In this document: piece after piece, positions 20,082 to 31,269 of the stretch
How positions within the stretch are numbered: position 1 is the stretch's first letter
How the letters are laid out: each line of letters starts with the position of its first letter
Assembly (NCBI GenBank): GCA_003021045.1
Contig: PXRN01000003.1
Span: 1-64,000, forward strand
Length of the DNA: 64,000 bases
Source: Halobacteriales archaeon QS_4_69_34
GTDB taxonomy: Archaea; Halobacteriota; Halobacteria; Halobacteriales; Halococcaceae
Reading direction: 5' to 3'
Made by a program: the position numbers and the translations under genes
The notes under the pieces: model-generated
What the model saw: the letters and a program-made list of their open reading frames with translations, nothing else
Told to the model about the DNA's origin: nothing
The model's database searches: none

Positions 20082-20480
20082 CTAGTCGATGACCTCGCCG
20101 ACGGCGAAGTTCGACTTGACCTCGGTGATCTCGACTTTCACGCGCTCGCCGACCTCCACACCGGGGACGATGATGACGTAGCCCCGCTCGACGCGGGCGA
20201 TGCCGTCGCCCTGCTTGCCGATGTCCTCGATCTCGACGTAGCGCATCTCGCCCACTTCGACGGGCGGCTGTGGTTCGGAGGGGGGGCTGCCCGAGGAGCC
20301 CGACTCGGAGCGCGACCCCGATTCGCGCCGGTCATCCGAAACGAGCGCCACGCGGTAGGTCTCGCCGGGTTCGACCGACCCGGTGTCGATCTCGCGGCGC
20401 GGGACCTCGACCGTGTACGTTCCGCCCGCGTCGGTTACTTCGGCACTGAACAGACACAGGAGCTTGTCGGAGATTTCCAC
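20082..20480 (-). CDS. TRAM-domain protein
   Basis: C-terminal YVEIEDIGKQGDGIARVERGYVIIVPGVEVGERVKVEITEV is a classic TRAM beta-barrel segment; 132 aa. Confidence 0.7.
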   Translation of the reverse strand: MEISDKLLCLFSAEVTDAGGTYTVEVPRREIDTGSVEPGETYRVALVSDDRRESGSRSESGSSGSPPSEPQPPVEVGEMRYVEIEDIGKQGDGIARVERGYVIIVPGVEVGERVKVEITEVKSNFAVGEVID

Positions 20481-20862
20481 CGTTGTCCCTCTACGGGGGA
20501 CTCGACGCCGGGGTGTAAAGAGCTACCGACCGCGGGCCGCGACGACCGGAGCGGGCCGACGGGAACCGGGCCGAAGCGGTGACGGAAGTCGAGAGGAAGG
20601 GTCGATGGGGCGGTGCGACGCCGCGGGGCGATCGACGGACCACCCCGCTCCATCCACGATCCCCTCCCTTTATTCGTCTCTGCTTCCGTCCTCCCCCTGC
20701 CGACGCGTTCGTTGCCCGGACGTACCAGGCCGGCGTCCACCGGCCGTCGTCGAGCCCACCTGCGGGCGTGCGAGGGTCGTGGTGGCCGGAAAACCACCGG
20801 ACTGCGGCGTATTGCCCCGCCGTACCAAATCCACTATACGGGAATCGGCCGTCGGGAGAGTC

Positions 20863-21102
20863 GTGAGCGCCACCCTACCGTCGACCGCGACCCTCACGGA
20901 CAAGCAGCGCCGCATCCTGCACTACCTTCGCGGACACGTTGACACGAAGACGTACTTCAAGTCCCGGGTGATCGGCGAGGCGCTCGGCCTCTCGGCGCGG
21001 GAGGTTGGAACGAACATGAACGCCATCCAGAACGGCGATTTCGACCTATGCGTCGAGAAGTGGGGCTACTCCTCCTCGACGACGTGGAAGGTCACGGTCT
21101 GA
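20863..21102 (+). CDS. Small conserved protein, putative DNA-binding (HTH-like)
   Basis: 79 aa from a GTG 24 nt downstream of ACTATA; LTDKQRRILHYLRGHVDTKTYFKSRVIGEALGLSAREVGTNMNAI resembles a wHTH. The upstream part of the track ORF overlaps the TRAM gene. Confidence 0.45.
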   Translation: MSATLPSTATLTDKQRRILHYLRGHVDTKTYFKSRVIGEALGLSAREVGTNMNAIQNGDFDLCVEKWGYSSSTTWKVTV

Positions 21103-21200
21103 GACAGCCACCTTTTTCGAGGAGGGCCTCCGTCGTTCGCGCCGACGGCGCTCGCTCCCCCGTACCCTCTCGGAAAACCTGGGCTGAAAATCCCCTCGCG
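21101..21200 (-). repeat. Copy 3 (inverted orientation) of the ~85-nt intergenic element
   Basis: The reverse complement aligns along the full length with copies 1 and 2, including compensatory changes in the GUGCC-GCA-GGCAC hairpin (GCGCC-GUC-GGCGC). Confidence 0.55.
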
Positions 21201-21317
21201 CCTCACCCTCCGGTCGTTCGGCGCACGGGAGAACGGCTCGCACTGTAGCTCTACCGCCACCGCGTACCGGCCAGCAAGGAACGGTGTCGTTTCCCGGTCG
21301 GGAGGGCGACGGGCGAG

Positions 21318-21947
21318 TCAGGGGTCGACCCGGATCAGGTCGTCGGCTTCGGCGGCGAACGCGCGCGTTGCCTCGTCGAAGGAGTCGGCGTAGCGGACGA
21401 GCAGCGTGAGCAGCGTCGCCGGACGGACGAGCGCGTAGCCGTCGGCCCGAGCGAGCAGCCCCGCGCGTTCGAGGTCGGCGGCGCGCTTGCTCACGGTCGG
21501 CCGCGAGACGCCCACCCGTGCGGCGAGGGCGCTCGGTGCGGTCTCGGGATCGCGGAGCAGCGCAATGATCATCCCCCGAGCGGTCTCGCGGCGCAGGTGG
21601 CCAAGCGCGACCTGCTCGAAGGCGTCGAACGCGTCCGCGGGGAAGAAGCGCCGGTAGTCGCCGTCGCGCCGGCTCTCGATCGCGCCCGTGCGTTCGAGCC
21701 GACGGAGGTGGTGTTGGCTCTCGCCGGTGGCGAGTCCGAGGTCGTCCCGGACCTTCGAGAAGTGTGCGCCCGGCGTCGCGGCGAGGTAGCCCGCGATGGC
21801 GTCGCGAGCGTCGCTGTCGCGGGCGTCGCCGTCGTCGGCGAGGCGCGCGAGCGGTCCGGCGGCCCCGAGCGCGGCGAAGCGTCGGAGCGTCGAGCGCTTG
21901 CGCTCGTCGACCGCGTCGGACCCCGACGTGCGCTCGCCGTCGCCCAT
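21318..21947 (-). CDS. Transcriptional regulator with two winged-HTH domains
   Basis: IAGYLAATPGAHFSKVRDDLGLATGESQHHLRRLERTGAI and IIALLRDPETAPSALAARVGVSRPTVSKRAADLERAGLL; 209 aa. Confidence 0.65.
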   Translation of the reverse strand: MGDGERTSGSDAVDERKRSTLRRFAALGAAGPLARLADDGDARDSDARDAIAGYLAATPGAHFSKVRDDLGLATGESQHHLRRLERTGAIESRRDGDYRRFFPADAFDAFEQVALGHLRRETARGMIIALLRDPETAPSALAARVGVSRPTVSKRAADLERAGLLARADGYALVRPATLLTLLVRYADSFDEATRAFAAEADDLIRVDP

Positions 21948-22268
21948 CGCCTCTTCGTACGTCCGGGTGCGTAAAGTGGTTTCGCGTGCGTGTCAGTTCC
22001 GTACACGAGGAGGGCGGCTCCTCCGGAACGGGGCGTTTCTCGCCGGGCAAATCCCTCTTCGGTCGACTCGCGCTTCGAGTGTGGCTGGATCGGTCGACCC
22101 GAAGCGTAGCCCACGCGGAGCCGAGCGAGACAGCGAGGGCCGGGAGTGCCGAGACACACGAGAGACCGCACCGCTACCGCCGACTGCGGGCGCGCCGACC
22201 GCTATAGCACGCGTCCGCTGCCACGGCACCGCGTCCGCGACGATATTGCCCGCAACCGCACCGTCGGA

Positions 22269-23543
22269 TCAGTTCGACTCGGTCTCTAGCTCCCCGGTCG
22301 ACTCCCCGTTCCCGTCGCCGTCGGCCCGGTCGTCGTCGGCTCGACTGTCGTCGGTAGCCTCGGAACTCTCGTCGACGTCTACGTCCGCTCCGGGGTCGGG
22401 CGCGCTCGCGTTGGCCCCCGTCTCGCCGCCCGGCGTCGCCCCGCTACCGGCCGCCTCCATCTCCTCGATCACCCTATCGGGGTCTTTGATCTCGCCGGTC
22501 TTGATCGCCTCGGCTTCCTGTTCCATCGCCGCAACGTCGAGTTCGGCCTCCTCGTCAATCTCCCCGAGAATCTCGCTGATGTCGTCCAGCCCGATGAGCT
22601 CGCGGGTCTCCTCGTCGAACTCGAGGCTGTCGAGCTGCTGACCGTCCTCCCGGACGTCACTGCCCGTGAGATGCTTCCCGTACCGGCCGACGAGCGAGGA
22701 GAGCTCTTGGGGGAGGACGAACGTCGTGGACTCGCCCTCGCCGATCGCCGACAGGGTTTCCATGCCCTTGTCGATGACCGCGCGCTCGCCCATCGACTCG
22801 GCGGACTTCGCTCGCAGGACCGTCGAGACCGCATCGCCCTGGGCTTCGAGGATCTGGCTCTGCTTTTCCCCTTGGGCCCGGATGATGTTCGACTGCTTGT
22901 CACCTTCCGCCTGTTCGACGGCCGAGCGGCGTTCCCCCTGGGCTTCGAGAATCATCGCGCGCCGGGAGCGCTCGGCGGAGGTCTGCTGTTCCATCGCGCG
23001 CTGGACGTCCGAAGACGGGTTGACCTCCCGGACTTCGACGCTCTCGACCCGGACGCCCCACTCGTCGGTCGGCTCGTCGAGGTCCCGGCGGATGCGCGCG
23101 TTGATCTCCGCACGCTTGCTCAGGGTGTCGTCGAGATCCATGTCCCCGAGGACGGCCCGCAGCGTCGTCTGGGCGAGGTTCGAGACGGCGCGGGTGTAGT
23201 CGTCGACCTCCAGGAAGGCCTTCTTCGCGTCCATCACGCGGATGTAGACCACCGCGTCGGCGGTCACGGGCGAGTTGTCCCGGGTGATCGCCTCCTGGCG
23301 GGGGACGTCGATCGTCTGGGTGCGCAGGTCGAAGGCGTAGGTGTTCGAGACGAACGGCGGCACGAAGTTGATGCCCGGTTCGAGCAGTTTGCGGTACTCG
23401 CCGAACACGGTGAGCGCACGCTTCTCGTAGGCGTTGACGATCTCGACGGCGCTGTACACCGTGACGACCGCGAGCGCGAGCACCAGCAGCCCCACGGCGG
23501 TGAGCCCGATACCGGCGACTTGTAGCGGTAACGACCAGTACAT
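22269..23543 (-). CDS. SPFH/band-7 (stomatin/prohibitin-like) membrane protein
   Basis: N-terminal TM followed by an SPFH domain and a long acidic coiled-coil tail with EAQGE.. repeats; 424 aa. Confidence 0.85.
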   Translation of the reverse strand: MYWSLPLQVAGIGLTAVGLLVLALAVVTVYSAVEIVNAYEKRALTVFGEYRKLLEPGINFVPPFVSNTYAFDLRTQTIDVPRQEAITRDNSPVTADAVVYIRVMDAKKAFLEVDDYTRAVSNLAQTTLRAVLGDMDLDDTLSKRAEINARIRRDLDEPTDEWGVRVESVEVREVNPSSDVQRAMEQQTSAERSRRAMILEAQGERRSAVEQAEGDKQSNIIRAQGEKQSQILEAQGDAVSTVLRAKSAESMGERAVIDKGMETLSAIGEGESTTFVLPQELSSLVGRYGKHLTGSDVREDGQQLDSLEFDEETRELIGLDDISEILGEIDEEAELDVAAMEQEAEAIKTGEIKDPDRVIEEMEAAGSGATPGGETGANASAPDPGADVDVDESSEATDDSRADDDRADGDGNGESTGELETESN

Positions 23544-23672
23544 GCCTGCCGATTAGGGTGACAGCTGCATAAGACTTCTGCCGCCCGCTTGACGTCTCCG
23601 GGGGCCGGCACCGACCGACGGGGCGTAAGCCGGTCGGAAAAATTGGGGATAGGGTAGATCTCGCGCATGGTT

Positions 23673-23885
23673 TCAGTCCGGAAACGCCGTCACGTCCACG
23701 GCTCCGGTCGCCGGATAACGGACGACGGCCGCGCGGGTGTCGAACGCGCGTTCGAGGGTCGTCTCGGTGAGCACCGCCTCGGACGGGCCGGCGTCGAGCA
23801 CGCGCCCCTCGGCGAGCAGGCAGAGCCGATCGCAGTAGCGGGCCGCCGGATCGAAGTCGTGGATCGCCGCGATCGCCGCAGGGTT
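23673..23885 (-). pseudogene. 3' remnant of an ABC transporter ATP-binding protein (BtuD/FepC-like)
   Basis: ...AAIAAIHDFDPAARYCDRLCLLAEGRVLDAGPSEAVLTETTLERAFDTRAAVV...* matches the C-terminal H-loop region of iron/cobalamin ABC ATPases; no N-terminal part present. Confidence 0.45.
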
Positions 23886-23963
23886 GCTCGCTCGTCGCCG
23901 CGGCCGGCCGATTCCGATAGCCGTTCTCGACCGTCGATCACGGGGACCTATTCCCGGCGCGGC

Positions 23964-25532
23964 TCACGCGAACCCGAGCGTGGCTACGTCGACGTACTCG
24001 TCGACGAGCGCCGCCGCGCGGTCGTACGGCGACTCGTCGCGTTCGCCCCCGCCCGCCGGTCGGTCGTGGCCGGCGGCCCGGAACACGTTGTCGAGAAACG
24101 CCTCGCGGGCGGATCGGTTCTCGAACAGCCCGTGGAGGTAGGTTCCGAGAACGCGGTCGGTCGCCGCGCCCTCGTCCTCGAACGGGCGCGCCGCGTCGTC
24201 GAGGATCGCCGTCTCGCCGGCGTGAATCTCGTAGCCCGAGACCGGCCCCGCACCGCCCGCGAGCGGCCCGACGCCCCGGAGTTCGCGGGTGACCCGCTCG
24301 ACGCGTTTTTCCGGGGAGAACCGGGTCTCGACGGGCAGGAGACCGAGACACGCGACGGTGTCCCGGTCGCCCGTCCCCTCGCTCGCGGCGTTCGTGATGC
24401 GCTCGCCGAGGAGCTGGTAGCCGCCACAGAGGCCGACCACGGGACCCTCGAACTCCCGCACGACCCTATCGAGACCGGCCGCGGCCAGCGCGAGCGCGTC
24501 GTCGACGGTGTTCTTCGTGCCCGGGAGCACGACCGCGTCCGTCTCCGCGAGGTCGTCGTCGAGCGGGACGTAAGCGACCCTGACGCCCGGTTCGCGCGCG
24601 AGGGGGTCGAGGTCGGTGAAGTTCGAGATCCGGGGCAGGCGTGGGACGGCGATCGTCACCGTCCGCGCGTCGGGAACGCCGTCCCCGGTGCCGTGGACGG
24701 CCCGCTCGCCCGTCGGCGGGAGCGAGACGCTGTCCTCGGCGGGGAGGCCGGGATCGTCGTGCGGGAGTACGCCCAACACGGGGACGCTCGTTCGTTCCTC
24801 GAACTCGTGGAGGCCGGGGTCGAGCAGCGAGCGATCGCCCCGGAACTTGGTGATCACCACACCCGCGACCCGCTCGCGGCAGTCGGCGGGCATCAGCTCG
24901 AGGGAGCCGACGAGGCTGGCGAAGACGCCGCCACGCTCGATGTCCGCCAGCAGCAGCACGTCGGCGTCGGCGAACCGGGCGGTCTCGACGTTGGCGAGAT
25001 CGCGGTGGTGGAGGTTGATCTCGGCGATCGAACCCGCGCCCTCGGCGATCACGACCTCGTGGGCGGCGGCGAGGCGCTCGTGGGCCGTGGCGGCGGCCGC
25101 GCGGGCGCGCTCCCAGCTCTCCTCGTAGTAGTCGCCCGCCCGATAGTGGCCGACGGCCGCACCGTCGATCACGAGCTGGGACTCGTCCCCTCCTCGTGGC
25201 TTGAGCAGGACCGGGTTGTGGTCGGTCGTCGGCCGCACGCGGGCGGCACGGGCCTGGACGTACTGGGAGACGCCGACCTCGCCGAAGGCGTCGTCCGGTG
25301 TGTCCTCGATGGCCGGATCGTCATCGGCGGAGCCCTCGCCCGTCGGGCCCTCAACGGCCGCGTCCCGAGCTGCTGGAGTCCGCGGGACGGCGCGGGCGTT
25401 GTTCGACATGTTCTGGGCTTTGAACGGCGCGACCGACACGCCCCGGTCGGCGAGCAGGCGACAGAGCCCCGCCGCGACGGTGCTCTTGCCGACGTGGCTC
25501 GCGGTGCCGGCGACGAGCAGCGTCCGTGCCAT
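23964..25532 (-). CDS. cobQ: Cobyric acid synthase
   Basis: [25 protein letters not shown]... with a C-terminal glutamine amidotransferase domain ([10 protein letters not shown]); 522 aa. Confidence 0.9.
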   Translation of the reverse strand: MARTLLVAGTASHVGKSTVAAGLCRLLADRGVSVAPFKAQNMSNNARAVPRTPAARDAAVEGPTGEGSADDDPAIEDTPDDAFGEVGVSQYVQARAARVRPTTDHNPVLLKPRGGDESQLVIDGAAVGHYRAGDYYEESWERARAAAATAHERLAAAHEVVIAEGAGSIAEINLHHRDLANVETARFADADVLLLADIERGGVFASLVGSLELMPADCRERVAGVVITKFRGDRSLLDPGLHEFEERTSVPVLGVLPHDDPGLPAEDSVSLPPTGERAVHGTGDGVPDARTVTIAVPRLPRISNFTDLDPLAREPGVRVAYVPLDDDLAETDAVVLPGTKNTVDDALALAAAGLDRVVREFEGPVVGLCGGYQLLGERITNAASEGTGDRDTVACLGLLPVETRFSPEKRVERVTRELRGVGPLAGGAGPVSGYEIHAGETAILDDAARPFEDEGAATDRVLGTYLHGLFENRSAREAFLDNVFRAAGHDRPAGGGERDESPYDRAAALVDEYVDVATLGFA

Positions 25533-25732
25533 GATGGGGTGATCGTCTCTTCGTCGGTCGCCGGGGTGCATAAGCCGACCGTCCCCGATCGCCAGCGTCG
25601 GGTGGGGCGCGAGGATTCACCACGCGTCGCTGCCGGTCGGTTTCCACGCCCAACCGACAACGGGAGCGAACTCTCACTACGTGACGATCGCGCCATCACA
25701 GCCGTACACCGGTGGAACGCGGCGGCCCGCGA

Positions 25733-26458
25733 TCAGAACTCGGTTCCCTTCCGGGCGCGCTGGCCGGCGTCGATCGGGTGTGTGCCCTTCCGCACCTCGG
25801 TCACGAGGTCGGCGTGCTCGAAGACGTACTCGGGGGCCTCGTGGCCGCCCGTGAGCACCAGCTCCAGCCCCTCCGGCTTCGATTCGAGGAGTTCGAGTAC
25901 GTCCCCGGGGTCGACCAGTCCGCGGTTGGCGGCGTACAGGATTTCGTCGAGGACCAGTAGGTGCATCCCCTCCTCGGGAGCGCCGTCGAGCGCGAGCGGC
26001 TCGTCGAGTGCCGTCGAACCCGCGCTTTCGATCAACTCCCGGGCGCGCTCGAGACCTGCCCGCGCCTCGGCGGCGTGGGCGTCGTCGTCGCTCCCGTCGG
26101 CCATGCCCTCCCAGCCGTAGTGGCCCGCGTTCTCGTAGCTGAATCCGGGGAGGGCAGCGATGGCGTTGTACTCGCCGCGGACGTCCTCGACCGACGATGC
26201 GCCGCCTTTCATGAACTGGAGCGCGTGGACCCGGAAACCGTGACCGACCGCCCGCAAGCCCATCCCCAGCGCGGCGGTCGTCTTGCCCTTGCCGTCGCCC
26301 CACCACACCTGTACGAGCCCGAACGTCTCGGGCGCGCTCTCCTCGATGGGCTGGGCCGCGGGCGTGACGCCCCCGCCGGGAGTGTTCTCGACGACCGCCT
26401 CGCGGTCGGGATCGCCGGCCCCGGCGTCGCCACCTCCGTCGGTGTCACGATCGGTCAT
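25733..26458 (-). CDS. cobA: Cob(I)yrinic acid a,c-diamide adenosyltransferase (CobA/CobO type)
   Basis: GLVQVWWGDGKGKTTAALGMGLRAVGHG P-loop; 241 aa. Confidence 0.85.
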   Translation of the reverse strand: MTDRDTDGGGDAGAGDPDREAVVENTPGGGVTPAAQPIEESAPETFGLVQVWWGDGKGKTTAALGMGLRAVGHGFRVHALQFMKGGASSVEDVRGEYNAIAALPGFSYENAGHYGWEGMADGSDDDAHAAEARAGLERARELIESAGSTALDEPLALDGAPEEGMHLLVLDEILYAANRGLVDPGDVLELLESKPEGLELVLTGGHEAPEYVFEHADLVTEVRKGTHPIDAGQRARKGTEF

Positions 26459-27365
26459 GGTCGTCGGCGTTGCGGCCGCGGCGGTCGTCGGTGTTTCGGT
26501 CGTCGCGGTCGTCCGTCGTGCGATCGGCTCCGCGGCGGTCCACGCGGAACACGGTCGCCCGCCCCGTCGTGTGAACGCCGTGCTCGGCCGCGGCGACGCT
26601 CGCCGGTAGCGTTCGGTCGGCGTACCGCGAGGCGAGGCTCGCGCACACCGCCTCGCGGACACAGGCTCGGGCGGCCGCTCCGACGGACGTCGCGCTCCCG
26701 GAGAAGGCCGCGGGCTCGCCGTCCGGGTCACAGCCGACGATCACCGCATCCGTCGTGGTCCCCGGAACGCCGGTCGCTGCGAGGAGCGTGGCGGCCTTCG
26801 CCTCGGCGACGACCGCGATCAGGTTGGCGAACGCGCCCGCCGCGAGCGCCCGCGTCGTCCCGACGATCAGATTCACGGTTCCGGGTCCGGCGTCCGTCCA
26901 CCTCGTGAGGCGATCGTCGTCCCGTCTCCAGGCGGGACAGCCGTCGACGTCCGTCCGGTCGGGGGCCATCGGCGTCGACGGCTCCGCCGAGGCCGATTCC
27001 TCGGTTCCCGTCGGGAGCGTCGCGGGGTTGGAGACGCCCGCCGTCGCGTAGGCCTCGACCGGACCGGCCCGCGCCCCGCGGAGGTGATCGAGATCGACGC
27101 CGGTGAAGAGCGCGGGTCCGGGCTCGTCGAAGCCCGCCCGGGCACGGCGCTCGGCCACGTAGGCTCCGAGGTCGGTGTGCTCCCAGCCCTCGGGCACGGA
27201 GACGTTGTACGCGACCGAACCCCGGGACTGACCGCCGTCCGGGCCGGTCGAGAGCCAGCGCGTCCCCGGGCGACGGACCCGGAGCACATCCTCTCTCACG
27301 ACGGGCTCGAACAGCTCCGGACGGCCGGACTCGCCGGCTCTGGGGGTCTCGTCGCCTTCACGCAT
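26445..27365 (-). CDS. cbiZ: Adenosylcobinamide amidohydrolase
   Basis: CbiZ-like core (TVNLIVGTTRALAAGAFANLIAVVAEAKAATLLA...VIVGCD); overlaps the cobA start by 14 nt. Confidence 0.7.
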   Translation of the reverse strand: MREGDETPRAGESGRPELFEPVVREDVLRVRRPGTRWLSTGPDGGQSRGSVAYNVSVPEGWEHTDLGAYVAERRARAGFDEPGPALFTGVDLDHLRGARAGPVEAYATAGVSNPATLPTGTEESASAEPSTPMAPDRTDVDGCPAWRRDDDRLTRWTDAGPGTVNLIVGTTRALAAGAFANLIAVVAEAKAATLLAATGVPGTTTDAVIVGCDPDGEPAAFSGSATSVGAAARACVREAVCASLASRYADRTLPASVAAAEHGVHTTGRATVFRVDRRGADRTTDDRDDRNTDDRRGRNADDHDRS

Positions 27366-28368
27366 CCGCGAGCACCTCCAGCAGCCGGTCGTTCTCCGCG
27401 GGGAGACGCACCGCCACTCGAATGTGGGAATCGAGCCCCCGGAAGGTGGTCGCGTCGCGGATCGCCACCCCGCGCTCGCGGGCCACCCCCACTACCCTCT
27501 CGGGGTCGCGCTCGCCGACGTCGAGCAGGAGAAAGGGAGCGTCGGAGGGGTGGACGGCGAAGGGCCCCGAGAACTCCTCGCCCATTCGTGCCCGCTCCCC
27601 GCGGACGCGCTCGCGCGTCTCGGCGACGAACCCCTCCTGGCGCAGGCAGTAAGCCCCGACGGCGAGCGCGGGCGTCCCGACGTTCCACGCCCGGCGCGCG
27701 GTTTCGAGCCGCTCGTACTCCTCCCCGACGGCGACCGCAAAGCCCGCACGAAGGCCGGGCACGCCGAACATCTTGGTCAGCGAGCGCGCGACGATCGTCG
27801 ACGGGAGGCCGGCGAGCGAGGGCCGATCGGTGAAGTCGAGAAACGCCTCGTCGGCGAGCAGCGTCGTCCCCCGCTCGCGGCACCGGCGGGCGAACGAGCG
27901 GAGCCCACCCTCGGGATAGGCCTCGCCCGTGGGGTTGTTCGGGTTGCAGACGATCGCGAGTGCGTGCTCCCCGGGATCGGCGTCGGGGAGTCGGTCGTGG
28001 GCGACGAAGACCGGTTCGCCGCCGGCCAGCCGAACCTCGCGGGCGTACTCGCCGAAGCTCGGGGCCGGGACGAGCGCCGTGTCGCCGGGTTCGACGGTCG
28101 TCCCGATCGCGAGCCGGATCGCCGCGAGACCCCCCGGTGTCGGGAGCACCCGCTCGGGCGCACAGTCGAGATACCCGCCGGCAGCCACGCGGAACTCGCG
28201 GGGCGGCTCGGGCGGGTAGGTCCGGGCGTCGTCGAGCGCGCCCTCGTAGACGTCGCGCACGCCGGGCGGCGTCCGCGGGTTCGTGTTCGCACTGAAGTCC
28301 AGTAGGCCCGAGTCGTCGCTCGATCCGTGAGGGACGCGCCCGACCCCGGCGACCGAATCAGGGTCCAT
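27358..28368 (-). CDS. cobD: L-threonine-O-3-phosphate decarboxylase (class I/II aminotransferase fold)
   Basis: NPNNPTG, ...SLTKMFGVPGLRAG PLP-lysine region; 336 aa from MDPDS. Confidence 0.8.
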   Translation of the reverse strand: MDPDSVAGVGRVPHGSSDDSGLLDFSANTNPRTPPGVRDVYEGALDDARTYPPEPPREFRVAAGGYLDCAPERVLPTPGGLAAIRLAIGTTVEPGDTALVPAPSFGEYAREVRLAGGEPVFVAHDRLPDADPGEHALAIVCNPNNPTGEAYPEGGLRSFARRCRERGTTLLADEAFLDFTDRPSLAGLPSTIVARSLTKMFGVPGLRAGFAVAVGEEYERLETARRAWNVGTPALAVGAYCLRQEGFVAETRERVRGERARMGEEFSGPFAVHPSDAPFLLLDVGERDPERVVGVARERGVAIRDATTFRGLDSHIRVAVRLPAENDRLLEVLADA

Positions 28369-28605
28369 CGTCCCCCGCGGTGTCGTCCTTCGCGGCGTGA
28401 TCTCTCGTGCCGTCGTCCCCCGCGACGTCTTCGCCCACGGGGCGCTCGTGTGCCTCGGTCGTTCGCTCTCGAACCCTTCCCGAGAGGCCCTCGCGCTCAC
28501 CGACCGCGAGGGCCCCGCCTATCCCGACTGCTTCCTTGCACTCGCCTGCCGGATACCGCTCAGCGATCCGGGCAGTCCCGGTCGTGCTAGCGACGGGGAC
28601 GAGTC

Positions 28606-29222
<617 letters not shown>

Positions 29223-29223
<1 letters not shown>

Positions 29224-30002
29224 CAGGAGGGCGTCCACGCGATCACCCCCGCGTGCAGCGCGGCGACGCGGGCGAGTTCGTTCGCCGCGCCGAAGGCGTC
29301 GCCGCTGACGCCGCCGAGCGCCGAGCGCGCCCACCAGCCGACCGCGAGCGCCGCGACGGTCCCCGCGAGGAGCGCGAGCGCGGCGGCGGGCCGGGGCCAC
29401 GTCAGCGCGGCCGCCGGGAGCGCGACCAGTACGGCTCCGGCGAGCGCTCGCGGGTTGTTGGGCGCCGTGAACGCCGCGCCGAGCCCCTCGTGGGTGGCCG
29501 TCCCGAGACACGCGAGCGCCGCCATGCCGAGCTTCGCGCTCACCTCCGCGGCGATCACCAACAGGAGCGCGCCTCGGGGGAGGCCAGCGAGCGCGAGGCC
29601 GGCGAGTGTGAGCGCCGCGACGACGAACGTGAGTGCGAGGGTGCCCCCAGCACCGACCGCGACGTCGGCGAGCGCCGCGCGGCGCTCCCCTCGGCCGTGA
29701 GCGGCCGCCGCGTCCCCGAGGTCGGCGACCCCGTCCGCGTGAGCGATCCCCGTCAGGAGGTAGACGCCGGCCACGAGCACGAACGCGACCGTCGGTCCGG
29801 ACGAGAGCGCGTCAACCCCGAGGAGCGCGAGCGCGAGGAGTCCCCCGAGGACATAGCCCGCGAGCGGGAAGGCGAAGGGCGTCGTTCGAAAGGCGTCCCA
29901 CGCGCGCTCGCCGGCGCCGACCGGCAGCCGCGAGAGGAACGCGAGCGCGCCCCGCAGCGCGGGACACACGCCGGGGCGCTCCCCGCTCCCGTTCCGGTTC
30001 AT
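29223..30002 (-). CDS. cobS: Adenosylcobinamide-GDP ribazoletransferase (cobalamin synthase)
   Basis: Polytopic membrane protein with CobS family size and context; 259 aa. Confidence 0.8.
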
Positions 30003-30015
30003 CGCGACCCTCCGT

Positions 30016-30918
30016 TCAGAGCCACGCGAGACCCCCCGACAGCAGCACTGCGAGGAGGCTCGCCCGGTCGACGACGCCCACGCCCCGACGTGCCCGCTCC
30101 GCGGTCGGGAGGCTCCGACCGCGGTTCAGCACGTACGCACCGGGCTTTTCGAGCCGGGCGTCGAGCGCGGCCGCGAGCGTCGCCATCGGCCAGCCCGCGT
30201 TCGGCGATCGCGGTGCGTGCGCCCACCGCCGGGCGCGGGTCAGGAGACCGGGATCGCGGGCCGCGAGCGCGAGCAGCGCCGCCGCTGCTCTGGCGGGCAC
30301 GAACATGGCCGCGTCGTCGAGGCGTGCGCTCGCCCACCCGACGGGTCTCGCGTGGTAGCCAAGCATCGAGTCGAGCGTGTTCACCGCCTTCATCCACGCG
30401 GCCGCGCCCGCCGCCGCGGACAGCGATACGGGCGCGAGCAGCGCGAAGGCGAGCAGCGGCCCGACGAGCCCGTCGGCGAGGTTCTCGGCGGCGCTCTCGA
30501 CCGCCGCGCTCCGGATTTCGGCGGGCGAAAGGTCGGCGGCGTCCCGACCCGCGAGCGCGCGCAGGCGACTTCGCGCCCACCCGAGGTCGGTCTCGGTCAC
30601 GTCGGCGGTCTCGCGGGCGGCGTCGAGGAGCAGTCGCCGGCTGGTCGTGACGAAGAGCACGAGTCCGGCGACGGTCGCGCCGACAACCGACCCGACGGCG
30701 AGCCCGAGCGCCGTCGCGCCGCCGGCGAACCCGGCCACGGAAAGCGGCAGCGCGAGCGCGAGCAGCGCCCCGACGGCCCGCGGGCGACGCCACGCCCGGT
30801 CGAACGGCCCGACGGCCCGGCCGAACCACGCTACCGGATGGATGCGGCGGGGCGGCTCCGCCACCGCGGCGTCGAGGGCGACCGACAGCGCAATCGCGCC
30901 CGTGGCTACGGGAGGCAT
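30016..30918 (-). CDS. cbiB: Adenosylcobinamide-phosphate synthase (CbiB/CobD membrane protein)
   Basis: MPPVATGAIALSVALDAAVAEPPRRIHPVAWFG... typical CbiB N-terminus; 300 aa. Confidence 0.8.
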   Translation of the reverse strand: MPPVATGAIALSVALDAAVAEPPRRIHPVAWFGRAVGPFDRAWRRPRAVGALLALALPLSVAGFAGGATALGLAVGSVVGATVAGLVLFVTTSRRLLLDAARETADVTETDLGWARSRLRALAGRDAADLSPAEIRSAAVESAAENLADGLVGPLLAFALLAPVSLSAAAGAAAWMKAVNTLDSMLGYHARPVGWASARLDDAAMFVPARAAAALLALAARDPGLLTRARRWAHAPRSPNAGWPMATLAAALDARLEKPGAYVLNRGRSLPTAERARRGVGVVDRASLLAVLLSGGLAWL

Positions 30919-31240
30919 CGACTGCCCTCCGGGGATCCCGGAGCCGCGAGGACGGACGGGACGGTCGGCGCGGCCGTCGCCCCCCGTGGCCTCGCCGGTC
31001 CTGATCGTCGGATCGAGACGCGGTCCGATCGGCTCCTCATTGGGTTCTCATCGGCACAGCTGCACTTGAACGCCCCGGTCACCGGAGGTCGTGGGGTCCG
31101 GCACGCCGGCGGAACACGACCGGGGCCGCGTCGGCTCGGTGCGCGTTCGCACGCCGAACTGCATTGCTGTACCCTCTGTCCGTTCCTCCTTTCTCGTGTC
31201 TCCTATGGCTCCCTCGAACGGCACGGAGCGGGCGCGTGGG

Positions 31241-31247
31241 TTTTAGT
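31241..31247 (+). promoter_or_regulatory. TATA-like box (TTTTAGT) upstream of the thiolase gene
   Basis: 22 nt upstream of the ATG at 31270. Confidence 0.3.
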
Positions 31248-31269
31248 TCGCGCCCGCACCAGCACCGGT

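Noticed and set aside
23667-26120. 817-aa ORF on the plus strand (plus 3412-4986, 30217-31269, 31641-32516 and similar N-terminal extensions)
   Set aside because: Antisense to cobQ/cobA (or upstream extensions across spacers); no domain signatures. The real genes were assigned to the frames with recognisable motifs and TATA-spaced starts.
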